Assembly: GCA_046341655.1 (NCBI GenBank)
Contig: JBKDQY010000153.1
Span: forward strand, 13,856-77,855
Length of the DNA stretch: 64,000 bases
Source: Betaproteobacteria bacterium
GTDB lineage: Bacteria; Pseudomonadota; Gammaproteobacteria; Burkholderiales; Burkholderiaceae_C
Reading direction: 5' to 3'
Both the position numbers and the translations under genes were made by a program. Below are positions 1 through 13,682 of this stretch, in pieces; position 1 is the first letter of the stretch; every line of letters begins with the position of its first letter. A model generated the notes under the pieces. It saw only the letters and a program-made list of their open reading frames with translations, ran no database searches and had not been told where the DNA came from.

Positions 1-742
1 GCGTCTTGTCGTTGAAGTAGTCCTCGGCCGGCAGGCCCAGCGCGCGTGCCTTCACGCGCATGTTGATGTCCTTGGACACCAGCACCACCTCGCGCGCCGG
101 GTAGCGCTCGCGCAGGCTCTGCACGACGCCCAGGATCTGATTGTCGGCCTTGCCCTGCGGCAGGCCGGCGGGCAGCTTCACGTCGAGCAGCGTGGTCTGG
201 AAGAACAGCTTGCCGCCGGCCTCGCGGTGGCCGGTCTTGGCCAGCGGGATGCCCTCGGCGGCGTCGCTGCCGCCGGCACCCTTGTCGAAGCTGGCCAGCG
301 CGTCGAGTTCGCGGCTGACCTGGCGCACGTTGCGCGACACCTCGCTCATGCCCTTCTTGTGGCCGTCGAGTTCCTCCAGCGTGATCATCGGCAGGAAGAC
401 GTCGTGCTCCTCGAAGCGGAACAGGCTGGTCGGGTCGTGCATCAGCACGTTGGTGTCGAGCACGAACAGCTTCGCCGGGCCCGTGCTGCGAGGCTTGCGA
501 GGCCTGGCGCGCGACTCGGCAGGGGCCCGGGGCGCCGCGGCAGCGGGGGCGGCCGGGGCGGTGGCGGCCACGGGTCGCGCGGCCGGGGCGAGGCCGCCGT
601 CGCGCAGTTCCAGCGGTGCCGGCGTGGCGTCGGCAGCGCGCGACTTCACCGAGCGCTTCTCGGCGCGGGGCGCCGCCTGCGCTTCGTAGTCGGCGGCTTG
701 CAGCAGGTCACCCTTCTTCGACGGTGGCTTGGGCAGGGGCAT
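1..742 (-). CDS. PhoH-like ATPase with N-terminal PIN domain (PhoH2/YlaK type); only the 5' part lies in the window, the C-terminus runs off the left edge
   Basis: My own minus-strand translation from the ATG at 742: MPLPKPPSKKGDLL..., an Ala/Pro-rich linker, then KLFVLDTNVLMHDPTSLFRFEEHDVFLPMITLEELDGHKKG and ...NQILGVVQSLRERYPAREVVLVSKDINMRVKA, typical of the PIN domain of PhoH-like proteins. It is absent from the ORF track because it is open at the window edge. Confidence 0.75.
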   Translation of the reverse strand, partial: MPLPKPPSKKGDLLQAADYEAQAAPRAEKRSVKSRAADATPAPLELRDGGLAPAARPVAATAPAAPAAAAPRAPAESRARPRKPRSTGPAKLFVLDTNVLMHDPTSLFRFEEHDVFLPMITLEELDGHKKGMSEVSRNVRQVSRELDALASFDKGAGGSDAAEGIPLAKTGHREAGGKLFFQTTLLDVKLPAGLPQGKADNQILGVVQSLRERYPAREVVLVSKDINMRVKARALGLPAEDYFNDKT

Positions 743-781
743 GGGGACTGGTCCGGGCTAGAGGGGGTTTGCGCGGGCGTG

Positions 782-812
782 AAAAAAGCCGCGTCGGCAG
801 CGCCGCGCGGCT
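782..812 (-). terminator. Rho-independent terminator downstream of bcp
   Basis: On the minus strand: stem AGCCGCG, a 12-nt loop, CGCGGCT, then TTTTTTC, about 70 nt after the bcp stop. Confidence 0.5.
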
Positions 813-879
813 GGGGAGGTGAGGGCGTCGGCGGCGGGGCGCCGGCGTCCGGCCCTCGGGCATCGTGCCGGGGGATGCT

Positions 880-1356
880 TCAAGCGGCCTTCTTGAGCGC
901 CTTCACGGCCTTGAGCACCTCGTCGACGTGGCCGGCGACCTTGATGCCGCGCCACTCGGCCCGCATCACGCCCTCGGCGTCGATCAGGAAGGTGCTGCGC
1001 TCGATGCCCTTGACCTTCTTGCCGTACATGATCTTGTTCTTGACCACGCCGAACATGTGGCAGAGCTTCTCTTCGGTGTCGGCGATGAGTTCGAAGGGCA
1101 GCTCGAGGTTGGCCTTGAACTTCTCGTGGCTGACCATGTTGTCGCGGCTCACGCCGAAGACCACCGCGCCGGCCTTGAGGAAATCCTTGTGCTGGTCGCG
1201 GAACTGCATGGCCTCGGTCGTGCAGCCGGGGGTGTTGTCCTTGGGGTAGAAGTACAGGACGACGGCCTTGCCGAGGTGGGACTGGGGCGTGAACTTGACG
1301 CCGCCGGTGGCCAGTGCTTCGAATTCCGGGAGTGCTTTGTTGATGACAGGCGTCAT
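880..1356 (-). CDS. bcp: Thiol peroxidase / peroxiredoxin Bcp
   Basis: 158 aa from the internal Met of ORF 880..1950. Contains the YFYPKDNTPGCTTEA peroxiredoxin active-site motif and an AhpC/TSA-like sequence throughout. Confidence 0.9.
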   Translation of the reverse strand: MTPVINKALPEFEALATGGVKFTPQSHLGKAVVLYFYPKDNTPGCTTEAMQFRDQHKDFLKAGAVVFGVSRDNMVSHEKFKANLELPFELIADTEEKLCHMFGVVKNKIMYGKKVKGIERSTFLIDAEGVMRAEWRGIKVAGHVDEVLKAVKALKKAA

Positions 1357-1466
1357 GGAGGATGTTCTCGGAAGTTCCCTGGGCGGCCCTGGCATGGCCG
1401 AAGCCGAGTGCCAACTCGAATTATAGGTCGGTCCGCAGGGCCATCCGCCGCGGCGGCGCCCCGAAC

Positions 1467-1844
1467 TCAGGCTGGCTCGAGAACCAGGGCGGCCACCACC
1501 GAGCGGCCCTCGCTCGCCAGCACGTTGAAGGTGCGGCAGGCGGCGGCGGTGTCCATTGTTTCCAGCCCGATGCGCCGCTCGAACAACACCCGCGACAGCG
1601 ACGGCGGCGGGAACACCAGTCGCGGGCCGCTGCCGTACACGACGAGTTCGGGCTGCAAGGCCAGGATCAGCTCGAAATGGGAAGCGGCCAGTTCCGCCGC
1701 CGCGGCCGGCGGCCAGGCCCGCACCGGGCCCCGCCACGGCACGAGCACGCTGGACTCGTGCGGCACGCTGCCCACCCAGAGCCGGTGGCGCTCGAGGCGC
1801 GTGATGGCGTTGGTGCCGGCGAGCGTGTCGGGCTGGAACTTCAT
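1467..1844 (-). CDS. Mth938/DUF498-domain protein (NDUFAF3-like)
   Basis: 125 aa. ...PELVVYGSGPRLVFPPPSLSRVLFERRIGLETMDTAAACRTFNVLASEGRSVVAALV matches the Mth938-like family signature. Confidence 0.75.
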   Translation of the reverse strand: MKFQPDTLAGTNAITRLERHRLWVGSVPHESSVLVPWRGPVRAWPPAAAAELAASHFELILALQPELVVYGSGPRLVFPPPSLSRVLFERRIGLETMDTAAACRTFNVLASEGRSVVAALVLEPA

Positions 1845-1915
1845 GGATGGATAATTCTAGGTTCCTCCGCCGCGGGCCTGGGCCTGTGGCCCGGGCCCTT
1901 CGAACCGCCGCCGCC

Positions 1916-3144
1916 ATGAAGCCGATCGTCAAGTCCGTCAAGCTCGCCAACGTCGGCTACGACATCCGCGGCCCCGTGCTCGACAAGGCACGGCAGATGG
2001 AGGAGGAAGGCCAGCGCATCATCAAGCTCAACATCGGCAACGTGGCCGCGTTCGGCGTGATGCCGCCCGACGAGATCGTGCAGGACATGATCCACAACCT
2101 GCCCTCACAGGTCGCGGCGGGCTACACCGACAGCAAGGGCCTGTTCGCGCCGCGCAAGGCGGTGATGCACTACACGCAGGAGAAGGGCATCGCCGGCGTC
2201 GCCGTCGACGACGTCTATCTCGGCAACGGCGCCAGCGAGCTCATCGCCATGAGCATGAACGCGCTGCTCGACGCCGGCGACGAGGTGCTCATTCCCAGCC
2301 CCGACTACCCGCTGTACACCGCGGTCGTGAGCCTGTCGGGCGGCTCGCCCGTGCACTACCGCTGCGACGAAGGCTCCGGCTGGCTGCCCGACCTGGACGA
2401 CATCCGCGCCCGCGTCACGCCGCACACGAAGGCCATCGTCGTCATCAACCCCAACAACCCCACGGGCGCGCTGTACCCGGTCGAGGTGCTGCAGGGCATC
2501 GTCGACATCGCGCGCGAGCACGGACTCGTCGTCTTCGCCGACGAGATCTACGACAAGACGCTGTACGACGGCGCCACGCACACCAGCATCGCCAGCCTGG
2601 CCGATGACGTGCTGTTCGTCACCTTCAACGGCCTGTCCAAGAACTACCGCGCCTGCGGCTACCGCTCGGGCTGGATGGTGGTCAGCGGCGCCAAGCGCTC
2701 CGCCCGCGACTACGTCGAGGGCCTGAACATGCTGGCCAGCATGCGGCTGTGCGCCAACACGCCCGGCCAGCTGGCCATCCAGACGGCGCTGGGCGGCTAC
2801 CAGAGCATCAGGGACCTCGTGGCCCCGGGCGGGCGGCTGTGCAAGCAGCGCGACCTGGCCTACCAGCTGCTCACCCAGATTCCCGGGGTCAGCGTGGTCA
2901 AGCCCAAGGCGGCGCTGTACATGTTCCCGCGTCTGGACCCCAGGCTCTATCCCATCGCCGACGACCAGCAGTTCGCCTACGAATTGCTGGCCGAGCAGAA
3001 GGTGCTCATCGTGCAGGGCACCGGCTTCAACTGGCCCGAGCACGACCACTTCCGGCTCGTCTTCCTGCCCAGCGTCGACGACCTCACCGAGGCCATCGGC
3101 CGCATCGAGCGCTTCCTCCACGGCTACCGCAAACGCCACTCCGC

Positions 3145-3148
<4 letters not shown>
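1916..3148 (+). CDS. alaA: PLP-dependent alanine/glutamate-pyruvate aminotransferase
   Basis: Near-colinear with E. coli AlaA: KLANVGYDIRGPVLDKA..., NPNNPTG, FNGLSKNYRACGYRSGW (PLP Lys), ASMRLCANTPGQ. Start taken at the internal ATG 1916 (MKPIVKS). Confidence 0.9.
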
Positions 3149-4457
<1,309 letters not shown>

Positions 4458-4458
<1 letters not shown>

Positions 4459-5873
4459 TGAAGTACATCAGCACGCGCGGTGAGGGCACGCTCCGCGGCT
4501 TCTCCGACATCCTGCTTGAGGGCCTGGCGCCCGACGGCGGCCTGTACCTGCCCACGCACTATCCGCGGGTCGACGCGGCCACGCTGGCGCGATGGCGCGG
4601 GCTGGCCTACGCCGACCTCGCCGTCGAGATCCTCGGCCTGTACGTCGACGACATCCCGGAGGCCGACCTGCGGCGCCTGGTGCGTGCCACCTACACGGAG
4701 GCCGTGTTCGGCACGGCGGCGATCGCGCCGCTGAAGCGCCTGGACGACGGCCTGCACCTGCAGGCCCTGTCCAACGGCCCGACGCTGGCGTTCAAGGACA
4801 TGGCGATGCAGCTGCTGGGCCAGCTCTTCGAGTACGAACTGGGCCGCCGCGGCGAGGCACTGAACATCCTGGGCGCCACCAGCGGCGACACCGGCAGCGC
4901 CGCCGAGTACGCCATGCGCGGCAAGCGCGGCATCAGCGTGTTCATGCTCAGCCCGCACGGCCGCATGAGCCCCTTCCAGCAGGCGCAGATGTTCAGCCTG
5001 CAGGACGCCAACATCCACAACCTCGCCGTGGAGGGCGTTTTCGACGACTGCCAGGACATCGTCAAGGCCGTCAGCAACGACCTCGCCTTCAAGCGGCGCT
5101 GGCGCATCGGCACCGTCAACAGCATCAACTGGGCGCGGCTGCTGGCCCAGGTGGTCTACTACTTCGCGGGTTACTTCCAGGCGACACGGTCCGACGACGA
5201 GTCCGTGAGCTTCACGGTGCCCAGCGGCAACTTCGGCAACGTCTGCGCCGGCCACGTGGCGCGCATGATGGGCCTGCCGATCCGGCGCCTGGTGGTGGCC
5301 ACCAACGAGAACGACGTGCTCGACGAGTTCTTCCGCACGGGTTCGTATCGCGTGCGCGGCAGCGCCGAGACGCAGGAGACCTCGAGCCCGAGCATGGACA
5401 TCAGCAAGGCCAGCAATTTCGAGCGCTTCGTGTTCGACCTGCTGGGCCGCGACGGCGCCGCCACGGCGCACCTGTTCGGCGAGGAGGTGCCGCGGCAGGG
5501 TGGCTTCACGCTGGATGCCGCCACCATGGCGCGTGCCCGCGGCGAGTTCGGCTTCGCCAGCGGCCGCAGCACGCACGCCGACCGCCTGGCCACGATCCGC
5601 CGCTGCTGGCAGCAGCACGGCACCCTCGTCGACACCCACACCGCCGACGGCCTGAAGGTGGCCTGGGAGCAGCGCGAGAGCGGCGTGCCCATGATCGTGC
5701 TCGAGACGGCGCTGCCGGCCAAGTTCGCGGCCACCATCCGCGAGGCCACGGGCATCGATCCCGAGCCGCCCGCGGGGCTGCGGCACCTGGAGTCGCTGCC
5801 GCGCCGCTTCACGGTGGTGCCGCCCGACGTGGCGGCGGTCAAGGCCTACCTCCAGGAACACGCCATCGCATGA
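4458..5873 (+). CDS. thrC: Threonine synthase
   Basis: MKYISTRG..., PTLAFKDMAMQ (PLP Lys), GATSGDTGSAA, SGNFGN. The start overlaps the hom stop. Confidence 0.95.
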
Positions 5874-7111
5874 ACGCACCGCGCCCCCTCCTGCCGCTGG
5901 ACGATGCCCTGCAGCGCCTTGCCGCGGCCGCCGCGGCCCACCGCATCACCGACGCGGAGACGGTCTCGACCTTCGAGGCCCGGGGCCGCGTGCTCGCGGC
6001 CGAGGTGCGCGCCACCATCGCCGTGCCGGGCGCCGACAACTCGGCGATGGACGGCTACGCCCTGTGCAGCGCCGACGTGCCTGCAGCCGGCACCGTGCTG
6101 CCGGTGTCGCAGCGCATCGCTGCCGGCCACGTGGGGCAGCCGCTTCAGGGCGGCACCGCTGCACGCATCTTCACCGGCGCGCTGGTGCCCGAGGGCGCCG
6201 ACGCGGTGGTGATGCAGGAGCAGTGCGAGGCGCTGGACGGCGGCGCTGCGGTGCGCGTGAACACCGTGCCCGGGTCGGGGCTGGCCATCCGTCGCCGCGG
6301 CGAGGACGTGGCCGAGGGCGCCGTGGTGCTGGCCGCGGGCTTGCGGCTGCAGCCGCAGGCGCTGGGCCTGGCAGCCTCGGTGGGCGTGGCGGCGCTGCCG
6401 GTGCTGCGGCGCCCGCGCGTGGCCATCCTGTGCACCGGTGACGAACTGGCCATGCCGGGCGAGCCGCTGAGGCCCGGGGCCCTGTACAACAGCAACCGCT
6501 TCACGCTGCGCGCCCTGGCCGAGGCTGCCGGATGCGTCGTCACCGACCTCGGCAACGTGCCCGACCGGCTGGACGCCACGCAAGAGGCCCTGCGCCGGGC
6601 TGCCGCGGGGCACGACCTCATCGTCACCAGCGGCGGCGTCTCGGTGGGCGAGGAAGACCACCTGAAGCCCGCCGCCGAGGCCGAGGGCCGGCTGGAGAAC
6701 TGGCAACTCGCCATCAAGCCCGGCAAGCCGCTGGCCTTCGGCGCCATCCGCCGCCCCGACGGCAGCGAGGCGCTGCTGGTGGGCCTGCCAGGCAACCCGG
6801 TGTCGTCGTTCGTCACCTGGCTGCTGGCCGTGCACGAGGTGCTGGCCGCCCTGCAGGGGCTGCCGGGCGGCCTTCCGCCGGCGCTGCCGCTGGTGGCGGG
6901 CTTCGACTGGCCGCGCCCCGACAGGCGGCGCGAGTTCCTGCGCGTGCGCGTGGGCGCCGAAGGCCGGCTGGTGCTGTTCGGGAACCAGGGCTCGGGCGTC
7001 CTGACCTCCACCGTATGGGCCGATGGGCTGGTGGACGTGCCGTCGGGCCAGGCCATCCGGGCCGGCGACACCGTGGCCTACCGGCCGCTCGCAGGCTGGC
7101 TCAACGCCTGA
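5870..7111 (+). CDS. moeA: Molybdopterin molybdenumtransferase
   Basis: NSAMDGYA, TGALVPEGADAVVMQE, VTSGGVSVGEEDH, LAIKPGKPLAFG, GLPGNPVSS. The ATG overlaps the thrC stop. Confidence 0.9.
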   Translation: MNAPRPLLPLDDALQRLAAAAAAHRITDAETVSTFEARGRVLAAEVRATIAVPGADNSAMDGYALCSADVPAAGTVLPVSQRIAAGHVGQPLQGGTAARIFTGALVPEGADAVVMQEQCEALDGGAAVRVNTVPGSGLAIRRRGEDVAEGAVVLAAGLRLQPQALGLAASVGVAALPVLRRPRVAILCTGDELAMPGEPLRPGALYNSNRFTLRALAEAAGCVVTDLGNVPDRLDATQEALRRAAAGHDLIVTSGGVSVGEEDHLKPAAEAEGRLENWQLAIKPGKPLAFGAIRRPDGSEALLVGLPGNPVSSFVTWLLAVHEVLAALQGLPGGLPPALPLVAGFDWPRPDRRREFLRVRVGAEGRLVLFGNQGSGVLTSTVWADGLVDVPSGQAIRAGDTVAYRPLAGWLNA

Positions 7112-7252
7112 GGCTGCATCTCGCCCCGGCAGGCTCCGTCCGCAAGGGTGGCCCGGTCGCCAACCCGGGCTCCGGCGCGGCGCCAGCGCCGGTGCGGGGG
7201 CGCCGCTAGCATCGAGATTCCTGGCGCGGGATTCGCGCCTGCCGAATCCCCG

Positions 7253-7507
7253 ATGCTCACCGTCCAAGTCCGCTACTTCGCCGCCCTTCGCGAGGCGCTG
7301 GGGCCGCAGGAGGCCGTATCCCTGCCTGCCGGTGCAACCGTCGGCAGCCTGCGCAGGCTGCTGGCCGCCCGCGGCGGTCGCCACGCCGAGTTGCTGGCGC
7401 CCGGCCGGGCGGTGCGCGCCGCGGTCGCGCAGGCCGTCTGCGGCGACGACACCGCGCTCGCCGAAGGCGACGAGGTGGCGTTCTTCCCACCCGTCACGGG
7501 GGGCTGA
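7253..7507 (+). CDS. moaD: Molybdopterin synthase sulfur-carrier subunit
   Basis: 84 aa. Begins MLTVQVRYFAALREALG and has the C-terminal FFPPVTGG diglycine end typical of MoaD. Confidence 0.85.
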   Translation: MLTVQVRYFAALREALGPQEAVSLPAGATVGSLRRLLAARGGRHAELLAPGRAVRAAVAQAVCGDDTALAEGDEVAFFPPVTGG

Positions 7508-7508
7508 G

Positions 7509-8009
7509 ATGGCTGCTCCCGTGCCGCGCGTGCGCATCCAGACCGCCGACTTCGACCTTGGCACCGAACTGGCGGCGCTGCGCGAGGGCGACCTCGGCGT
7601 CGGCGCCGTCGCCAGCTTCGTGGGCACGGTGCGCGAGCGCGGGCACCCTGGTGCCGGCGAGCCCGTGCGGGAACTGGAGCTCGAGCACTACCCGGGCATG
7701 ACCGAGAAGTCGATCGAGGCGATGATCGAAGCCGCCGGGCGCCGCTTCGACATCCGCGGCGCCCGCGTGGTGCACCGTGTCGGCCGGCTGCTGCCGGGCG
7801 AGCAGATCGTGCTGGTGGCGGTGAGTTCGGCGCACCGCGGGCAGGCCTTCCAGGCCTGCGAGTTCATCATGGACTACCTGAAGACCCAGGCCCCGTTCTG
7901 GAAGAAGGAAACCACCCCGTCTGGCGCCCGCTGGGTCGATGCGCGGGTGGCCGACGACGAAGCGCTGGCGCGCTGGGGTATCGAGGCGCGCAATGCAGGC
8001 GGGCGCTGA
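7509..8009 (+). CDS. moaE: Molybdopterin synthase catalytic subunit
   Basis: GAVASFVGTVRE, LEHYPGMTEKS, AVSSAHRGQAFQACEFIMDYLKTQAPFWKKE. Starts 2 nt after moaD. Confidence 0.9.
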   Translation: MAAPVPRVRIQTADFDLGTELAALREGDLGVGAVASFVGTVRERGHPGAGEPVRELELEHYPGMTEKSIEAMIEAAGRRFDIRGARVVHRVGRLLPGEQIVLVAVSSAHRGQAFQACEFIMDYLKTQAPFWKKETTPSGARWVDARVADDEALARWGIEARNAGGR

Positions 8010-8511
8010 GCCCGTGGCGCCCGACGCCGCGGCGCCGGACACGCGCCGGCTGCGCGCTGCGCTCGGCCGCTTCACCACGGGCGTGACCATCGTCACCTGC
8101 ACCGACGTCGCCGGCGAGCGCGTGGGCCTGACGGTCAACTCCTTCAGCTCCCTGTCTCTGGAGCCCCCCCTGGTGCTGTGGTCGCTGCGGCGCGAGAGTC
8201 CCTCGGCGGCTGCCTTCTCGGCCGCCAGGCACTTCGCCGTCAACGTGCTGGCCGAGTCGCAGGTGGGTGTGTCGCGCCGCTTCGCCGCGCGGCGTGCCGA
8301 TCGCTTCGCCGAGGGCGAGTGGTCCGCAGGCCTGCACGGCCTGCCGGTGCTGGCCGGCACCGCGGCGGTGTTCGAGTGCGAGAGCGTTTCGGCGCAGGAC
8401 GCCGGCGACCACCTGCTGTTCATCGGCCGCGTGCTGGCCTGCTGCGACAGCCCCGTGGCGCCGCTGCTGTTCCAGGCCGGCCACTACCGCACCATCGGGC
8501 ACCCGCTCTGA
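7993..8511 (+). CDS. Flavin reductase-like (FMN-binding split-barrel) protein
   Basis: LRAALGRFTTGVTIVTC...GLTVNSFSSLSLEPPLVLWSL...GDHLLFIGRV is the flavin-reductase domain pattern. The start is uncertain; 7993 overlaps the moaE end by 17 nt. Confidence 0.8.
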   Translation: MQAGAEPVAPDAAAPDTRRLRAALGRFTTGVTIVTCTDVAGERVGLTVNSFSSLSLEPPLVLWSLRRESPSAAAFSAARHFAVNVLAESQVGVSRRFAARRADRFAEGEWSAGLHGLPVLAGTAAVFECESVSAQDAGDHLLFIGRVLACCDSPVAPLLFQAGHYRTIGHPL

Positions 8512-8610
8512 AGCGGGCACGACCGATCGGCGACCCGTTCCAAGTGGGGATGCCGCAAAGGCCGGTTTCTTGCGATCATCGTCACCGTTGATGCTGGTGA
8601 GGAGCCGACC

Positions 8611-9363
8611 ATGTCCCGATTGACTCGCCGTCTCGTCTCGTCGACAGGCTTTGCGCTCGTCCTCGCTGCCCAGGCTGCCCAGGCACAGCAGCTGCTGGTG
8701 GACGGTTTCACCTCACCGACGGCTCCGGTGCCGAGCGTGTTCCTGGGCACCGGCGAGCGCAGCTTCAACGATTCCGCCGCCGACGTTCTGGGCGGCGTTC
8801 GCAGCGTCTATCACCACGTCTTCCGCAATCCTCTGCCCAGCGTGTCCGTCGCGGTTGCGGGCAACGGGGTGCTCAGCGTCAGCGACGGCGTGGGCGCGAC
8901 CAGCGAGCTGCTCGCGAGCTACGGGGCGTTCGCAGGGGGCGCCGACCCCGCTTGGCAGGGGCCGCACCTGAACCTGGACGCCCGCCCCTACGACAGCTTC
9001 GAGCTGGTGTTCAAGGGCGTTCAGATCGCCATGAACATCAACGTGGTGCTGTACACCGCCAACCCGCTGGACCCGGCCAACCCCCTCTACTACACGACGG
9101 TGGGCGTCAACGTGGCACCTGCCTTTCCCGGCGGCCCCGTCACCGTGACCCTGCCCTTCGCCTCGGCACCCGACTTCAACTTCGGCGACGTCGACGGGAT
9201 CTCCCTGGTGCTCAACCGGGCCATCGGGCCGCTGACCGGCAACGGGTACACCCTCGACAGCTTCTCGCTGGTGACGGCCGTGCCGGAGCCGGGCAGTGCG
9301 GTGCTGATGCTCGGCGGCGCGCTGCTGCTGGCGGCGCGCCTGCGTCGCCGCGCGGACTCCTAG
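8611..9363 (+). CDS. Secreted PEP-CTERM sorting-domain protein, otherwise unknown
   Basis: Signal peptide (...LAAQAAQAQ). The C-terminus VPEPGSAVLMLGGALLLAARLRRR has the PEP motif, a TM helix and a basic tail. SD GGTGAGGAG lies before the ATG. Confidence 0.8.
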   Translation: MSRLTRRLVSSTGFALVLAAQAAQAQQLLVDGFTSPTAPVPSVFLGTGERSFNDSAADVLGGVRSVYHHVFRNPLPSVSVAVAGNGVLSVSDGVGATSELLASYGAFAGGADPAWQGPHLNLDARPYDSFELVFKGVQIAMNINVVLYTANPLDPANPLYYTTVGVNVAPAFPGGPVTVTLPFASAPDFNFGDVDGISLVLNRAIGPLTGNGYTLDSFSLVTAVPEPGSAVLMLGGALLLAARLRRRADS

Positions 9364-9442
9364 CCCCCGGGCCCCGGCGCGGGGCTTGGTTGATCGATGT
9401 CAAAGGCGGCTCGGGCGCGTCCTCCGGTGCGCCCGCGTCGGG

Positions 9443-9470
9443 CGTGAAAGCCCGACGCCGCGCCTCACAT
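9443..9470 (+). promoter_or_regulatory. Candidate sigma-32 (RpoH) heat-shock promoter of clpB
   Basis: cGTGAAA, 13 nt, CCTCACAT compared with the E. coli consensus CTTGAAA-N13-15-CCCCATNT. It ends 25 nt upstream of the clpB ATG, with SD GGAGG in between. Confidence 0.4.
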
Positions 9471-9495
9471 CCAGCGCAGACCGGAGGTTCATCCC

Positions 9496-12087
<2,592 letters not shown>

Positions 12088-12134
12088 GCCGTGCCCCGGC
12101 GCGGGCCCGTGCCGCGGGCCGCGCCGGGCTGGCG

Positions 12135-13556
12135 TCAGTCCGGCACGTCGATGCGGTCGATCTGCAGGCGGGCCAGCGTCAGGTTGCTGCCGTGGGCCTG
12201 CAGCACCACGTGCAGCGCCACTCCCGGGTGGCGCGGCACCGGCTTCAGGATGAGGTGGTGGTGCGCTGTGCTGATGGCGGCTTCGGGTTGCGGCGAACCC
12301 AGCCCCAGTGCCCGCGACGCGTCCAGCAAGGAGGCCAGCAGAGCCGCGCCCTGCCGCGCGAGCCGTTCAGGTGCTGGCGCGTCGCCCGAGGAGGCCATCA
12401 CGGCCATCGAGTGCACGTCGAACACGCAGCAGGCCTGCACGCCCTTGACGAGTGCGCAGCGCTGGGCGTAGGCCGCCCAGCTCGACGCGCCGGGCACCGG
12501 CATCGGCATGATGGCGGTGGGGGTGGCGAAGGCCGCCGCCGGCACCGCCAGTGAGGCCGGCATGGTCAGGGCCGTCGGTGCCGTCGCGGCCATGGGCGCC
12601 GCCGGTGCCGGCGGCTCGCCCCGGGCAACCTGGGCCCTCGGCGCCTTGGGTGCAGGCGGCGCCATGGGCGCGGTGCTGGCGGCGCGCAGCGGCCGCAGCT
12701 GGCGCAGCGACTCCAGCGGCATCGGCTCGGTCATGGCCTCGGTGGCCGGCACCGGAGGCCTCGGCACGGCCCGCGACAACTCGGTCGGCAACGCGCGCTC
12801 TCCTCCGGGCATGCCGTGGAGGCGGTTCCAGGCGCCGCCGACGAAGGTCCACACATGCTTGGGCTTGGCGGCGTGCGGCGCCACGTGCACGGCCACGGGC
12901 GTCTGGTGCGCCAGCTGCGCGCTGGGGCCGGCCAGACCGATGCTGGAGCCCAGCGGCACCAGCAGCAGGTCGCGGTTGGGCCAGTTGCGGCCCTGCATGG
13001 CCTGATGCAGCGGCGCGAGCTGCGCCGTCAGCGCGTGCGCGGGCAACTCGCCCACCATCAGCACGCCCAGCCTGCTGTGAGCCAGGAGCACGCGCGCCAG
13101 CGCCGCCCGGGTGGGGCCGTCGGCCTGCACCTCGGTGCTGTAGACGCGCACCGGGCTGTCGTCCGCCAGCTTGACCTCGACGAAGAGCATCACCGCCAGC
13201 GCCGCGCCCTGGCCCTGCCGGCGGATGGACAGGCGCTGCACGCGCGCGCCCGCTGGCACCACCATGCTGTTCAGCAGGCGCACCGAGGCCGCGAGGCCCA
13301 CGTCGTGCAGGGCGATGAACTCGGGCGCCAGGCGCTGGAACTCGGCCTGCAGCGACATCGCGGCGTCGCCGCCCACGAAGAACTCGACCTGGTCGTCCGA
13401 GATACGGCGGCCGACATCGCCCGTGGCCTCGCCCAGATAGGCGTCGCTGTCGCGCACGATCTGGGTGGCCGGCGCGGCCAGGTCGTCGCGGGCCGGCCGG
13501 GCGGGCAGCACGCGATGTGTGTCGGGCCAGTTGTCGGGTTCGCGCGGGGCGGGCAT
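12135..13556 (-). CDS. Conserved hypothetical protein; unknown N-domain, Pro/Ala linker, Roadblock/LC7-like C-terminal domain
   Basis: 473 aa from the internal ATG 13556 of ORF 12135..13643. GC3-rich coding pattern. The C-terminal ~110 aa (LVKGVQACCVFDVHSMAVMASSG...HHHLILKPVPRHPGVALHVVLQAHGSNLTLARL) resemble the Roadblock/MglB fold pattern. Confidence 0.6.
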   Translation of the reverse strand: MPAPREPDNWPDTHRVLPARPARDDLAAPATQIVRDSDAYLGEATGDVGRRISDDQVEFFVGGDAAMSLQAEFQRLAPEFIALHDVGLAASVRLLNSMVVPAGARVQRLSIRRQGQGAALAVMLFVEVKLADDSPVRVYSTEVQADGPTRAALARVLLAHSRLGVLMVGELPAHALTAQLAPLHQAMQGRNWPNRDLLLVPLGSSIGLAGPSAQLAHQTPVAVHVAPHAAKPKHVWTFVGGAWNRLHGMPGGERALPTELSRAVPRPPVPATEAMTEPMPLESLRQLRPLRAASTAPMAPPAPKAPRAQVARGEPPAPAAPMAATAPTALTMPASLAVPAAAFATPTAIMPMPVPGASSWAAYAQRCALVKGVQACCVFDVHSMAVMASSGDAPAPERLARQGAALLASLLDASRALGLGSPQPEAAISTAHHHLILKPVPRHPGVALHVVLQAHGSNLTLARLQIDRIDVPD

Positions 13557-13682
13557 CCGTAGGTCTCTGGTGGGTCTTGTTCTGGTAACGGCAGGATGAT
13601 AGGCGGCCGGCGGCCCGTCCCGGGGGCTGTCGGCAGGACCCACTCCCTAGAATCGACCTCCGCAGCAGCTGGGCGAAGGCCG

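Noticed and set aside
141-1249. Plus-strand ORFs 141..689 and 227..1249 at the left edge
   Set aside because: The opposite strand encodes a clear PIN/PhoH-like N-terminus and bcp. The plus-strand translations are low-complexity.
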